Origin: Bacteroidaceae bacterium | GTDB taxonomy: Bacteria; Bacteroidota; Bacteroidia; Bacteroidales; Bacteroidaceae | Direction of reading: 5' to 3' | Assembly: GCA_024398535.1 (NCBI GenBank) | Contig: JAKSIY010000001.1 | Coordinates: forward strand, 805 to 64,804 | Length of the DNA stretch: 64,000 bases | In this document: positions 45,347 to 54,471 of the stretch, in pieces | Layout: each line of letters begins with the position of its first letter | How positions within the stretch are numbered: the first letter of the stretch is position 1 | The notes under the pieces: model-generated | Databases searched by the model: none | Told to the model about the DNA's origin: nothing | The model's input: only the letters and a program-made list of their open reading frames with translations | Translations under genes and position numbers: made by a program

Positions 45347-45640
45347 ATGTCACAGGCTGCAATATCATTCAGAGGAGACGAATCACTCAAGCGCAGTTTC
45401 GATTCAATATGCGACCAACTTGGTCTCAGCAACAGTACTGCCTATACCCTTTTCATGAAGGCTGTGGTGAGGGAACGCCGAATTCCATTTGAAGTGAAGA
45501 TAGACTCAGACGAGGAAATCCGAAACAAGGCAATCCAGGCAGTTGCACGCATGCGAGCCACTACTGCCGAAAGCGGCGTGACGGACATGCCTCTCGATGA
45601 AATCAATGCGATAATCGAAGACGTACGAGATGGCCGCTAA
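45347..45640 (+). CDS. RelB/DinJ family type II antitoxin
   Basis: 97 aa. N-terminal ribbon-helix-helix pattern ISFRGDESLKRSFDSICDQLGLSNSTAYTLFMKAVVRERRIPFEV. Confidence 0.8.
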   Translation: MSQAAISFRGDESLKRSFDSICDQLGLSNSTAYTLFMKAVVRERRIPFEVKIDSDEEIRNKAIQAVARMRATTAESGVTDMPLDEINAIIEDVRDGR

Positions 45641-46073
45641 GTTTTACGCCGTACTGGATACCAACGTTCTGGTTTCCAGTATGTATACCGGTAATCCGTC
45701 GTCAACCCCAAGACAGATTCTTGACATGATGTTGGAAGGAACTATTACTCCCCTGGTCAACAAAGAGATTATCGACGAATATGTTGAAGTACTTTCAAGA
45801 GACAAGTTCTCATTCAAACCTGAAGACATTTCGGCTTTGATTGATGCATTCAAGGCCATTGGCATAGACCCTGGTCGTACCCCGGTGGATAATGTTAACT
45901 ATCCTGACCCCGATGATATTGTATTCTACGAGGTTGCTCTTTCCAGAAAAGGTTCATTCGTTGTGACGGGCAATACCAAGCACTTCCCCAAGGAACCGTT
46001 TGTAGTCACACCTGCAGAAATGCTTGAAATCATAAGAAACTCTCAAGACGCGATTGCTGATACGCCAAAGTAA
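45630..46073 (+). CDS. PIN-domain toxin (TIGR00305-like putative TA toxin component)
   Basis: 147 aa. AVLDTNVLVS, EIIDEYVEVLSRDKF, DPDDIVFYEVA and VVTGNTKHF motifs. 11-bp overlap with the antitoxin gene. Confidence 0.8.
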   Translation: MAAKFYAVLDTNVLVSSMYTGNPSSTPRQILDMMLEGTITPLVNKEIIDEYVEVLSRDKFSFKPEDISALIDAFKAIGIDPGRTPVDNVNYPDPDDIVFYEVALSRKGSFVVTGNTKHFPKEPFVVTPAEMLEIIRNSQDAIADTPK

Positions 46074-46099
46074 GTAACCACAACAGACGACCTCTGCGT

Positions 46100-47080
46100 A
46101 TGAACAAACTTTATAATGTTGCAGGACATGTGTTCCAGGTAGTCATGCCAAGCGGGCATGGACTGTGGAACTGCATGCAGAACTACTCTGAGTTTCAGGT
46201 CCTGCAGGGAACGCCGCTGTTTACACTTACCGTTACTGACCAGCCATATTCAGAGCCTGAAGACAAGCCCATATTTCAGGAGAACCCTGAGCGCCCAGAC
46301 ATGCCGCGCGTGACCGTTTACCGGGGGCCGCAGTGGTGGGCATTCTCAATGCGCGCCACAAGTGGCAGCCCGCAAGCGTTCCTGCTGAGAACAACCCCTG
46401 ATTTCAGCCAGGCCACGCTGAGCCTGAGACCGGGCAATGAGTTTCACGTCTTTGCCCTGAACAACAGCCTGATGCTGCTCTACACCATGAACACCACCGC
46501 GCTTGATACACTGGCCATGCATGCATCGGTCGTCATGAAGGACGACAAGGGCTACATGTTCCTGGGCACCAGCGGCACAGGCAAGAGCACACACAGCCGC
46601 ATGTGGCTGGAGAACATTCCCGGAACCGAGCTTCTGAATGACGACAACCCTGTGCTGCGCATATTGCCCGATGCCGACGGCAAGCCCATGGCAATGGTCT
46701 ATGGCTCGCCATGGAGCGGCAAGACCCCGTGCTACAAGAACAAGCAGGTGCCTGTTGGAGCAATCATCCAGATTAGAAGATGCAGTCACAACGAACTTGT
46801 CAGGCAGAACATTGTTGAGGCATACGCCGCACTGCTCATGTCATGCAGCGGGCTGAAGTTCCGCGAAGAGTCAGTTGACCAGCTCAATGCCACCCAGAGC
46901 AAGCTGCTGGCATCCGTGCCGTTCTATTTCATGGACTGCCTGCCCGATGCCGATGCCGCTAGGGTATGCTACACCGATTTGCCGATTTTGGGGCCCCCGA
47001 TGGGATTGACTATGTCCATCCCTTCCCGTTTCACGGAAAGGTCTGAACATCAAAAGCATAAAAGTCTGTCTGAAAGCTAG
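46100..47080 (+). CDS. HprK-related P-loop kinase-like protein
   Basis: 326 aa. MHASVVMKDDKGYMFLGTSGTGKST, then NDDNP, resembles the HPr kinase C-terminal (PEPCK-like) fold. The last ~30 codons run through a tRNA-end duplicate and a long palindrome, so the C-terminus is doubtful. Confidence 0.6.
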   Translation: MNKLYNVAGHVFQVVMPSGHGLWNCMQNYSEFQVLQGTPLFTLTVTDQPYSEPEDKPIFQENPERPDMPRVTVYRGPQWWAFSMRATSGSPQAFLLRTTPDFSQATLSLRPGNEFHVFALNNSLMLLYTMNTTALDTLAMHASVVMKDDKGYMFLGTSGTGKSTHSRMWLENIPGTELLNDDNPVLRILPDADGKPMAMVYGSPWSGKTPCYKNKQVPVGAIIQIRRCSHNELVRQNIVEAYAALLMSCSGLKFREESVDQLNATQSKLLASVPFYFMDCLPDADAARVCYTDLPILGPPMGLTMSIPSRFTERSEHQKHKSLSES

Positions 47081-47110
47081 CTTTCAAGCAGACTTTTATG
47101 CTTTTGATGT
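47047..47110. repeat. 64-bp near-perfect palindrome (31-nt arms) abutting the 3' end of tRNA-Arg; possible bidirectional terminator
   Basis: acatcaaaagcataaaagtctgtctgaaagc ta gctttcaagcagacttttatgcttttgatgt. Two mismatches between the arms. No flanking U-tract. Confidence 0.85.
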
Positions 47111-47183
47111 GACCCCGATGGGATTCAAACCCATGACCTTCAGAACCGGAATCTGACGCTCTATTCAGCTAAGCTACGGGGCC
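47110..47183 (-). tRNA. tRNA-Arg (anticodon CCG)
   Basis: Reverse complement GGCCCCGTAGCTTAGCTGAATAGAGCGTCAGATTCCGGTTCTGAAGGTCATGGGTTTGAATCCCATCGGGGTCA folds as a cloverleaf. Anticodon loop TTCCGGT. CCA is not encoded. Confidence 0.9.
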
Positions 47184-47283
47184 TTTGATGGCAAAGTTAC
47201 GAACTTTTTTGGAAAAGGTTCTGGTTTTTTGGTGCTAGCGGGTAGAATTGTGTATCTTTGCTTGCTCTAAAAAAGAAAAGGTA

Positions 47284-47847
47284 ATGAAAAAGGTAAAATT
47301 CTTTGCAGTCTTTATGACTGTGGTAATGATGCTGTCTTCATGCAGCATTCTGGGTATGGGAGGTGCTGCTGCACCTGCAACTCCTGGCGTTTCTGCCAAT
47401 GTTGACGGACAGGCCTCTGGCGCTGCCCTGAAGAATCTCTATACCGCTTACAAGGCTGACGGTAAGGTGGATATGTCAAATATCATGAACATCATCAACA
47501 TTGTCACTCTGGCAAAGAATATTCAGGGTCTCAAGGGGGTTGAGGATACGAGTGATTTCTATCGTGACTTTGGAATTGGTCTTGTTGCCGGTTCGAATAA
47601 CCTTGTAACTAACAAGACTGCATCGCCAGTTACAAATACACTGGGTGCCCTGGCTTCTACAACAGACCTGTCTGCCCTGACTTCTCTTGCAACTGCAGCT
47701 GCCGGACAGGCTGTGAACAATGCCACAGCAGCCACCAACAATGCTGCTGCGTCTGCAAACTCTGCCCTGTCTTCCGTTTCGGAGACGACTGCAGGAGTGG
47801 CAAATACACTGTCGTCACTCTCTACAATCTTTGGCATGTTCAAGTAA
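47284..47847 (+). CDS. Hypothetical lipoprotein with an Ala/Thr/Ser/Asn-rich C-terminal half
   Basis: Start at MKKVKFFAVFMTVVMMLSSCS (lipobox). Followed by a canonical terminator. Confidence 0.65.
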   Translation: MKKVKFFAVFMTVVMMLSSCSILGMGGAAAPATPGVSANVDGQASGAALKNLYTAYKADGKVDMSNIMNIINIVTLAKNIQGLKGVEDTSDFYRDFGIGLVAGSNNLVTNKTASPVTNTLGALASTTDLSALTSLATAAAGQAVNNATAATNNAAASANSALSSVSETTAGVANTLSSLSTIFGMFK

Positions 47848-47868
47848 TAGGAATACCAAAAGCGTAAT

Positions 47869-47904
47869 GCAGCCCGGTGCCAATAGGCGCTGGGCTGTTT
47901 TTTT
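47869..47904 (+). terminator. Rho-independent terminator
   Basis: gcagcccggtgcc-aata-ggcgctgggctg hairpin followed by an 8-nt T run (tttttttt). Confidence 0.75.
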
Positions 47905-48013
47905 GTTGTGGCTGTCTCTGAGTTCGTGTGCAAAAAAGGCCATATTTACACACAAGTTTGCTGTTTTTAGACAAAATGCCTTGGTAGTTATGCAATTATG
48001 CCTGTGCGAAAAA

Positions 48014-48021
48014 TATCTTTG
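48014..48021 (+). promoter_or_regulatory. Candidate -7 promoter box (TAnnTTTG)
   Basis: tatctttg lies 23 nt upstream of the ATG at 48045. Confidence 0.35.
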
Positions 48022-48044
48022 CCCAACTCTAATTTTTTAAGAAC

Positions 48045-48719
48045 ATGGATGAATTGATTGAAACCGTGACAACACATTCAGAGCCGGTTGTCATGCAGGT
48101 GACGATGCCTGAAAACCTTGGCTCTCTGCTGGCAGTGATGATTATTTCAGTTGTGGTGCTGTTGATGGCCCAGATAGCCCAAGTGGCGATTGCGTTCATA
48201 CAGATGAGACGTTCCTGGCTGGAATCCGATGCGATTGACAATGCTGTCAACAGTCAGAGAGATTCCTTGATCAACGAAGTGCATTCCGGTGAGAAGAAAA
48301 GAGCAGACTACCTTGAGACAATGGCCAGTGCCAATGAAGAGGATGAGGTTCATGAATCGGTGCCTGTCTATCAGGATATATCTGACGAGGTTTTCAGGAA
48401 CCAGGTTGAAAAGGTCATTCAGGACAACATGTCCAATCCGCTTCTTTCTGTAGCTACCATAAGTGGGATACTCTGCATGGATAGGACAGGGTTGTACCGC
48501 AAGGTCCAGGAGGTGTATCAGCTGTCTCCTTCAGACCTGATCAAGATTAGAAGGGTTGAACGTATAAAGGCAATTCTTGAAATGGATCCGGAGATGCCGG
48601 CATCCAAACTTGCTGCATCAACCGGGTTTAAGTCAAAAGTGGTTATGGACCGTTTCTTCATGCTGCAGATGGGAATTAACATCAATGGCTTCAGGGAGGG
48701 CGTGAAAAGAGGTAGCTGA
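48045..48719 (+). CDS. Single-pass membrane protein with a C-terminal AraC-type helix-turn-helix domain
   Basis: 224 aa. One TM helix (LLAVMIISVVVLLMAQIAQVAIAFI). The C-terminal ~100 aa resemble the AraC/XylS HTH of Bacteroidetes hybrid regulators. Confidence 0.6.
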   Translation: MDELIETVTTHSEPVVMQVTMPENLGSLLAVMIISVVVLLMAQIAQVAIAFIQMRRSWLESDAIDNAVNSQRDSLINEVHSGEKKRADYLETMASANEEDEVHESVPVYQDISDEVFRNQVEKVIQDNMSNPLLSVATISGILCMDRTGLYRKVQEVYQLSPSDLIKIRRVERIKAILEMDPEMPASKLAASTGFKSKVVMDRFFMLQMGININGFREGVKRGS

Positions 48720-48785
48720 CAACCAATAATTCCGGGGATTTTTGTAATTTTGCGGCTAATTATTAATCCCTGGAATATAATAGCT

Positions 48786-50294
48786 ATGGAATTGAATGAT
48801 CAGGAACAGTTCAGAAGAGACAGTCTGAATGAACTTCGCGCTATGGGTATTGATCCATATCCAGCCGCAATGTATCCAACTGATGCCTTTTCTGATGAGA
48901 TAAAGGAGAACTTTCAGGATGGCGTAGAGCCACTTCGCAAGGTTTGCATCGCAGGCCGAATGATGAGCCGCCGTATCATGGGCAAGGCATCGTTCGTGGA
49001 ACTGCAGGATTCAAAAGGTCGTATTCAGGTTTACATAACCCGCGATGATATCTGTCCGGATGAGGACAAGGAGATGTATAACAAGGTGTTCAAGAAACTG
49101 CTTGATATTGGCGATTTTATTGGTATTGAGGGTTTTGTGTTCCGCACACAGATGGGCGAGATTACCGTTCATGCCCAGAAACTGACGGTGCTTGCCAAGT
49201 CTCTGCGTCCGCTTCCTATCGTGAAGTACAAGGACGGCGTCGCTTACGATAAGTTTGACGATCCGGACCTTCGTTACCGCCAGCGTTACGTTGACCTGGT
49301 TGTTAACGACGGAATCAAGGAGACCTTCCTGAAGCGTACAACAGTAATCAAGACCCTGAGAAAAGTTTTGGACGATGCCGGCTATACAGAGGTTGAGACT
49401 CCGATTCTTCAGTCTATTCCTGGCGGCGCAAGTGCTCGTCCGTTCATAACTCACCATAATACTCTTGATATTGACCTTTACTGCCGAATCGCTACAGAGC
49501 TCTATCTGCAGCGACTGATCGTAGGCGGCTTTGGAGGTGTTTATGAGATTGGAAAGAATTTCCGTAATGAGGGTATGGACCGTACTCATAATCCAGAGTT
49601 TACATGTATGGAGCTCTATGTTGCATACAAGGACTACAACTGGATGATGGACTTCACGGAACAGCTGCTTGAGAAGATTGCAATTGCAACCAATGGTACC
49701 ACCAAGGTCAAGGTCGGTGATAACGAAATAGATTTCAAGGCACCATACCGCCGTCTGCCTATCCTTGAGGCTATCAAGGAGAAGACAGGTTATGATCTGG
49801 AGGGCATGTCTGAGGATGAGATGCGTGAGGTTGCAAAGAAGTGCGGCGTTGAGGTTGATCCTTCAATGGGCAAGGGTAAGCTGATTGACGAAATCTTTGG
49901 CGAGACCTGCGAGGGCACATTCATCCAGCCGACATTCATCATTGACTATCCGGTTGAGATGTCTCCTCTGACAAAGATGCATCGTTCAAAGGCTGGTCTT
50001 ACCGAGCGCTTTGAGCTGATGGTAAACGGCAAGGAGCTGGCAAATGCCTACTCTGAGCTCAATGATCCGATTGACCAGTATGAGCGTTTCCAGGATCAGT
50101 TGCGTCTGAGCCAGAAGGGTGATGATGAGGCAATGTTCATTGATCAGGACTTTGTACGTGCCCTTGAGTATGGTATGCCACCTACCAGCGGCATCGGTAT
50201 CGGTATTGACCGTCTGGTAATGCTCATGACCGGACAGCTGACCATTCAGGAGGTGCTGTTCTTCCCTCAGATGAAACCTGAAAGCAAGGATTGA
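48786..50294 (+). CDS. lysS: Lysine--tRNA ligase (class II)
   Basis: Start at MELNDQEQFRRD. Class II motifs (FRNEG, ELYLQRLIVGG, GIGIGIDRLVM). Confidence 0.9.
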   Translation: MELNDQEQFRRDSLNELRAMGIDPYPAAMYPTDAFSDEIKENFQDGVEPLRKVCIAGRMMSRRIMGKASFVELQDSKGRIQVYITRDDICPDEDKEMYNKVFKKLLDIGDFIGIEGFVFRTQMGEITVHAQKLTVLAKSLRPLPIVKYKDGVAYDKFDDPDLRYRQRYVDLVVNDGIKETFLKRTTVIKTLRKVLDDAGYTEVETPILQSIPGGASARPFITHHNTLDIDLYCRIATELYLQRLIVGGFGGVYEIGKNFRNEGMDRTHNPEFTCMELYVAYKDYNWMMDFTEQLLEKIAIATNGTTKVKVGDNEIDFKAPYRRLPILEAIKEKTGYDLEGMSEDEMREVAKKCGVEVDPSMGKGKLIDEIFGETCEGTFIQPTFIIDYPVEMSPLTKMHRSKAGLTERFELMVNGKELANAYSELNDPIDQYERFQDQLRLSQKGDDEAMFIDQDFVRALEYGMPPTSGIGIGIDRLVMLMTGQLTIQEVLFFPQMKPESKD

Positions 50295-50295
50295 A

Positions 50296-51297
50296 ATGGC
50301 ATTCCCACAAGGAAAACTGGCAATAATGGGTGGCGGTAGCTGGGCTACTGCCATTGCAAAGATACTGCTGCAGACAGAAGACTCGATAAACTGGTATATC
50401 CGCCGCGATGACCGTATTGAGGATTTCAAGAGACTGGGACACAATCCAGCCTATCTGTCCAGCGTAAGATTTGACGTGAACCGCATCAATTTCTGCTCTG
50501 ACATCAACCAGGTTGTAAATGAGTCAGAAGTATTGGTTTTCGTAACTCCTTCACCGTATTTCAAGTCTCATCTAAAGAAACTGAAGGTAAAGCTGAAGGA
50601 TAAGTTCATAGTTTCTGCAATCAAGGGTATCGTGCCTGAAGAGAATATCATTCTTTCAGAGTACTTCCATAGGTTCTACGGTGTTCCAGAAGAGAATATT
50701 GCCGTTGTGGCAGGTCCAAGCCATGCTGAGGAGATTGCCATGGAACGTCTCTCTTATCTGACCATTGGCTGCCCGAACCTGGATAATGCGCAGATGATTG
50801 CCCGCAAGTTTGCAAATTCATTTGTGAAGACGTCAATCAGTACTGATGTCTCTGGAATTGAGTACAGTTCCGTCCTGAAGAATGTATATGCAATTGCTGC
50901 CGGTATCTGCAATGGCCTGCAGTATGGTGACAATTTCCAGTCCGTCCTGATGTCGAACGCCATTCAGGAGATGAACAGTTTCCTGTCGGTAGTAAAGCCG
51001 ATGCCGGAGCGTGACGTGAATGCATCGGTCTATCTGGGTGACTTGCTGGTAACTGGCTATTCAAACTTCAGCCGTAACCGCGTGTTCGGTACCATGGTGG
51101 GCCGTGGCTATTCCGTGAAGGCTGCCCAGATGGAAATGGAGATGATTGCAGAGGGCTACTACGGTACTAAGTGCATCAAGGAAATAAACAAGAAATACAG
51201 AGTGAATATGCCTATTCTGGATGCCGTATATAACATCCTGTATGAACGTATATCACCGGTAATTGAAATCAAGCTGTTGACAGACAGTTTCAAATAA
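50296..51297 (+). CDS. gpsA: NAD(P)H-dependent glycerol-3-phosphate dehydrogenase
   Basis: 333 aa. GGGSWATA Rossmann motif and the GpsA C-terminal domain. Confidence 0.9.
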   Translation: MAFPQGKLAIMGGGSWATAIAKILLQTEDSINWYIRRDDRIEDFKRLGHNPAYLSSVRFDVNRINFCSDINQVVNESEVLVFVTPSPYFKSHLKKLKVKLKDKFIVSAIKGIVPEENIILSEYFHRFYGVPEENIAVVAGPSHAEEIAMERLSYLTIGCPNLDNAQMIARKFANSFVKTSISTDVSGIEYSSVLKNVYAIAAGICNGLQYGDNFQSVLMSNAIQEMNSFLSVVKPMPERDVNASVYLGDLLVTGYSNFSRNRVFGTMVGRGYSVKAAQMEMEMIAEGYYGTKCIKEINKKYRVNMPILDAVYNILYERISPVIEIKLLTDSFK

Positions 51298-51318
51298 CAG
51301 AGAAATACACAAAAAGAT

Positions 51319-52665
51319 ATGATCAAGGTTGATTATTCACAGATTGCCGGTTTTGTACCGGCAGGAGCAGTAGAGGCTTTTGAGCCAAGGGTTAAGGACG
51401 CAATTGAGATGCTTGAGAAGGGCACCGGCAAGGGTAATGATTTCATTGGCTGGGTAAATCTGGCATCGTCAATCACTCCTGAGTTTCTTGCAGATATCAA
51501 GGCTGCAGCTCAGGTACTTCGTGAGAACTGTGACACTGTAGTCGTTGCCGGCATCGGTGGCAGCTACCTTGGCGCACGTGCAGTGATTGAGGCATTCTCA
51601 AACAGCTTTGCACAGCTTGTACAGGATGGCAAGAATCCTGTTATCCTTTATGCTGGAAACAACATTTCAGAAGATTATCTGTATGAGCTTTCTGAGTACC
51701 TTAAGGGCAGAAAGTTCGGTGTCATCAATATCTCAAAGTCCGGTACTACAACTGAGACTGCACTTGCATTCCGTATCCTGAAGAAGCAGTGTGAGGATCA
51801 GCGCGGCAAGGAGATGGCCCGCAAGGTGATTGTTGCTGTTACCGATGCAAAGAAGGGTGCTGCCAGAATCTGTGCTGACAAGGAGGGTTACAAGAGCTTC
51901 ATCATTCCAGATAATGTAGGTGGCCGTTTCTCTGTTCTTACTCCTGTAGGTCTGCTGCCAATTGCAGTTGCAGGTTATGACATTGAGCAGCTGGTAAAGG
52001 GCGCTGCTGACATGGAGAAGATGACAGACAGCTCTGTTCCGTTCGCCCAGAATCCATCGGCAATCTATGCTGCAGCACGTAATGCCCTGTATGAGCAGGC
52101 TGGCAAGAAGATTGAGATTCTTGTAAACTTCCAGCCAAAGCTTCATTTCTTTGCAGAGTGGTGGAAGCAGCTGTACGGTGAGTCTGAGGGTAAGGAACTG
52201 AAGGGTATCTTCCCTGCATCGGTTGACTTCTCTACAGACCTTCACTCAATGGGTCAGTGGATCCAGGAGGGTGAGCGTACAATCTATGAGACTGTTCTTT
52301 CTGTAGATAAGGTTCAGCACTCAGTTCTCTTCCCTTCTGATGAGGAGAACCTGGACGGTCTGAACTTCCTGGCCGGCAAGCACGTTGATGAGGTCAACAA
52401 GATGGCTGAGCTTGGTACACAGCTTGCACATGTTGACGGTGGCGTTCCAAACATCCGCATCAACATTCCTGAGCTGACAGAGTACTGGCTGGGTCAGCTG
52501 ATCTATCTCTTTGAGAAGGCTTGCGGTATCAGCGGCTATCTGCTGCAGGTTAATCCTTTCAACCAGCCTGGCGTTGAGGCTTACAAGAAGAACATGTTTG
52601 CTCTTCTGAACAAGCCTGGCTATGAGGCAGAGTCAAAGGCAATCCTTGCAAGACTGGGTAAGTAA
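51319..52665 (+). CDS. pgi: Glucose-6-phosphate isomerase
   Basis: 448 aa. GIGGSYLG and SKSGTTTE motifs. Confidence 0.9.
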   Translation: MIKVDYSQIAGFVPAGAVEAFEPRVKDAIEMLEKGTGKGNDFIGWVNLASSITPEFLADIKAAAQVLRENCDTVVVAGIGGSYLGARAVIEAFSNSFAQLVQDGKNPVILYAGNNISEDYLYELSEYLKGRKFGVINISKSGTTTETALAFRILKKQCEDQRGKEMARKVIVAVTDAKKGAARICADKEGYKSFIIPDNVGGRFSVLTPVGLLPIAVAGYDIEQLVKGAADMEKMTDSSVPFAQNPSAIYAAARNALYEQAGKKIEILVNFQPKLHFFAEWWKQLYGESEGKELKGIFPASVDFSTDLHSMGQWIQEGERTIYETVLSVDKVQHSVLFPSDEENLDGLNFLAGKHVDEVNKMAELGTQLAHVDGGVPNIRINIPELTEYWLGQLIYLFEKACGISGYLLQVNPFNQPGVEAYKKNMFALLNKPGYEAESKAILARLGK

Positions 52666-53345
52666 TGACATTTACTCTTAAGAATAAGAACGCCATCCTG
52701 TTTGACATGGATGGCGTTTTGTATGATTCCATGCCGAACCATTCAAAGGCATGGAGTCAGGCCATGACTGACTTTGGAATCAGAATGACTCCAGAGGATG
52801 TCTATATGAATGAAGGTAGTACCGGTTCTTTCACTATAAAGAAGATAAGCCTTCGTGAACGTGGATATGAGGCTACGGAAGAGGAGGTAGAGCGCATTTA
52901 CAGGCACAAGGCTGAGATATTCCAGAGCCTGCCTGTTGCCAGGCTGATGCCCGGCGCCCTTGAGGTGTTCCGCAAGGCAAAGGCATCGGGCCTGCAGATT
53001 CAGATTGTAACCGGTTCCGGCCAGAAGACGCTGATTGACCGCGTGCTCCATGACTTTGACGGGTTCATTACCCGTGACCTTATGGTTACCTCTTTTGATG
53101 TCAAGCGCGGCAAACCTTATCCTGATCCTTATCTGAAGGGACTTGAGGTAGGACGTGTCGATGCAGAACATGCAGTGGTCGTTGAAAATGCTCCGTTAGG
53201 AGTCCGTGCAGCCGTGGCAGCCGGCATTGATACCATTGCCGTGAACACCGGTCCGCTTGATGATTCTGCGCTCATGGCAGAGGGGCCAAAGCTTCTGCTT
53301 CCGTCAGTCCAGGCTCTTGCTGATAGTTGGGAGTCTCTGTTCTGA
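52665..53345 (+). CDS. HAD-IA family hydrolase (beta-phosphoglucomutase-like phosphatase)
   Basis: 226 aa. FDMDGVL and VVENAPLGVRAAVAAG motifs. Confidence 0.8.
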   Translation: MTFTLKNKNAILFDMDGVLYDSMPNHSKAWSQAMTDFGIRMTPEDVYMNEGSTGSFTIKKISLRERGYEATEEEVERIYRHKAEIFQSLPVARLMPGALEVFRKAKASGLQIQIVTGSGQKTLIDRVLHDFDGFITRDLMVTSFDVKRGKPYPDPYLKGLEVGRVDAEHAVVVENAPLGVRAAVAAGIDTIAVNTGPLDDSALMAEGPKLLLPSVQALADSWESLF

Positions 53346-53358
53346 GGCACATATAAAA

Positions 53359-53390
53359 GAAAGCGTCCGGACTTAAAGTCTGGACGCTTT
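53359..53390. terminator. Hairpin between convergent genes (candidate bidirectional terminator)
   Basis: aaagcgtccggac-ttaaa-gtctggacgcttt, a 13-bp stem with one G-U pair. The aroC stop codon sits in the loop. Confidence 0.65.
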
Positions 53391-54455
53391 GTCTGTAAGA
53401 TAGTGGTCAAGCAGGACCAACGCCGTCATGGCTTCAACTACCGGGACCGCTCTTGGCACCACGCATGGGTCATGTCTGCCGGTTGCTTCATAGCTGATGG
53501 CTTCACCGCCTGTAGTCAGGGTCTGCTGTTCCAGGCCGATTGTAGGGGTAGGCTTGAATGCTACACGGAATCTGATAGGCATGCCGTTGCTTATGCCTCC
53601 CTGAATGCCTCCTGAGTGGTTCGTTCTTGTCATGACCTTTCCGTTCTCAGATATGAAAGTGTCGTTGTGGTAAGATCCGCGCTGCGATGCAACGGCAAAA
53701 CCGTCACCATATTCAAATCCCTTGACCGCATTGATGTTGAGCATTGCGGCTCCAAGTGAAGCGTGCAGCTTGTCAAACATAGGCTGACCCAGGCCTGCCG
53801 GACAACCGTTGACAATGCAGGTCACAATGCCTCCGACAGAATCTCTTTCCTGCTTCATCTGGCGTACCAGAGCCTCCATGAGAGCTGCCTTTTCTGCATC
53901 GGGGCATCTTACTGCGTTTGACTCTGAAACCGTCCTGCTGTATGCTGCCTCATTCTCAGTACTTATGCTGATGTCGCCAATTTGCGACGTGAATGCGTAG
54001 ATATCCAGCCCTGGGATTGCCTGCTTCAGGGCAAGCTTTGCCAATGCTCCGGCTACGCAGTGAGCCACGGTAGTGCGGGCCGATGCCCTTCCGCCACCTT
54101 TGTGGTCACGTATGCCGTATTTTGCCAGATATGTGTAATCTGCATGTGAAGGGCGGAACAGGTCCTTCAGATTGTTGTAGTCTGAAGAGTGCTGGTCACT
54201 GTTCCTGACAATGAAAGCAATAGGCGCACCGGTTGACTGACCTTCAAAGATGCCGGACAGGAATTCTACTTTGTCAGGTTCCTTGCGTCCTGTTGTTACT
54301 GCACTCTGACCGGGACGTCTTCTGTCCAGCTCAGATTGTATGAACTCCTGGTCAATGACAACCGATGGCGGAAATCCGTCAAGGATTCCACCAAGAGCCG
54401 GTCCATGTGATTCGCCGAACGTAGTCAGCTGTAAGATTTTGCCTATGCTGTTCAT
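53373..54455 (-). CDS. aroC: Chorismate synthase
   Basis: 360 aa. [20 protein letters not shown] and GRHDPCV motifs. Confidence 0.95.
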   Translation of the reverse strand: MNSIGKILQLTTFGESHGPALGGILDGFPPSVVIDQEFIQSELDRRRPGQSAVTTGRKEPDKVEFLSGIFEGQSTGAPIAFIVRNSDQHSSDYNNLKDLFRPSHADYTYLAKYGIRDHKGGGRASARTTVAHCVAGALAKLALKQAIPGLDIYAFTSQIGDISISTENEAAYSRTVSESNAVRCPDAEKAALMEALVRQMKQERDSVGGIVTCIVNGCPAGLGQPMFDKLHASLGAAMLNINAVKGFEYGDGFAVASQRGSYHNDTFISENGKVMTRTNHSGGIQGGISNGMPIRFRVAFKPTPTIGLEQQTLTTGGEAISYEATGRHDPCVVPRAVPVVEAMTALVLLDHYLTDKASRL

Positions 54456-54471
54456 AGTATCAGTCTGTTAA

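Noticed and set aside
46346-46789. 147-aa minus-strand ORF inside the HprK-like gene.
   Set aside because: It is antisense to the ORF carrying the Walker A motif, is Ala/Gly/Arg-rich and has no motifs.
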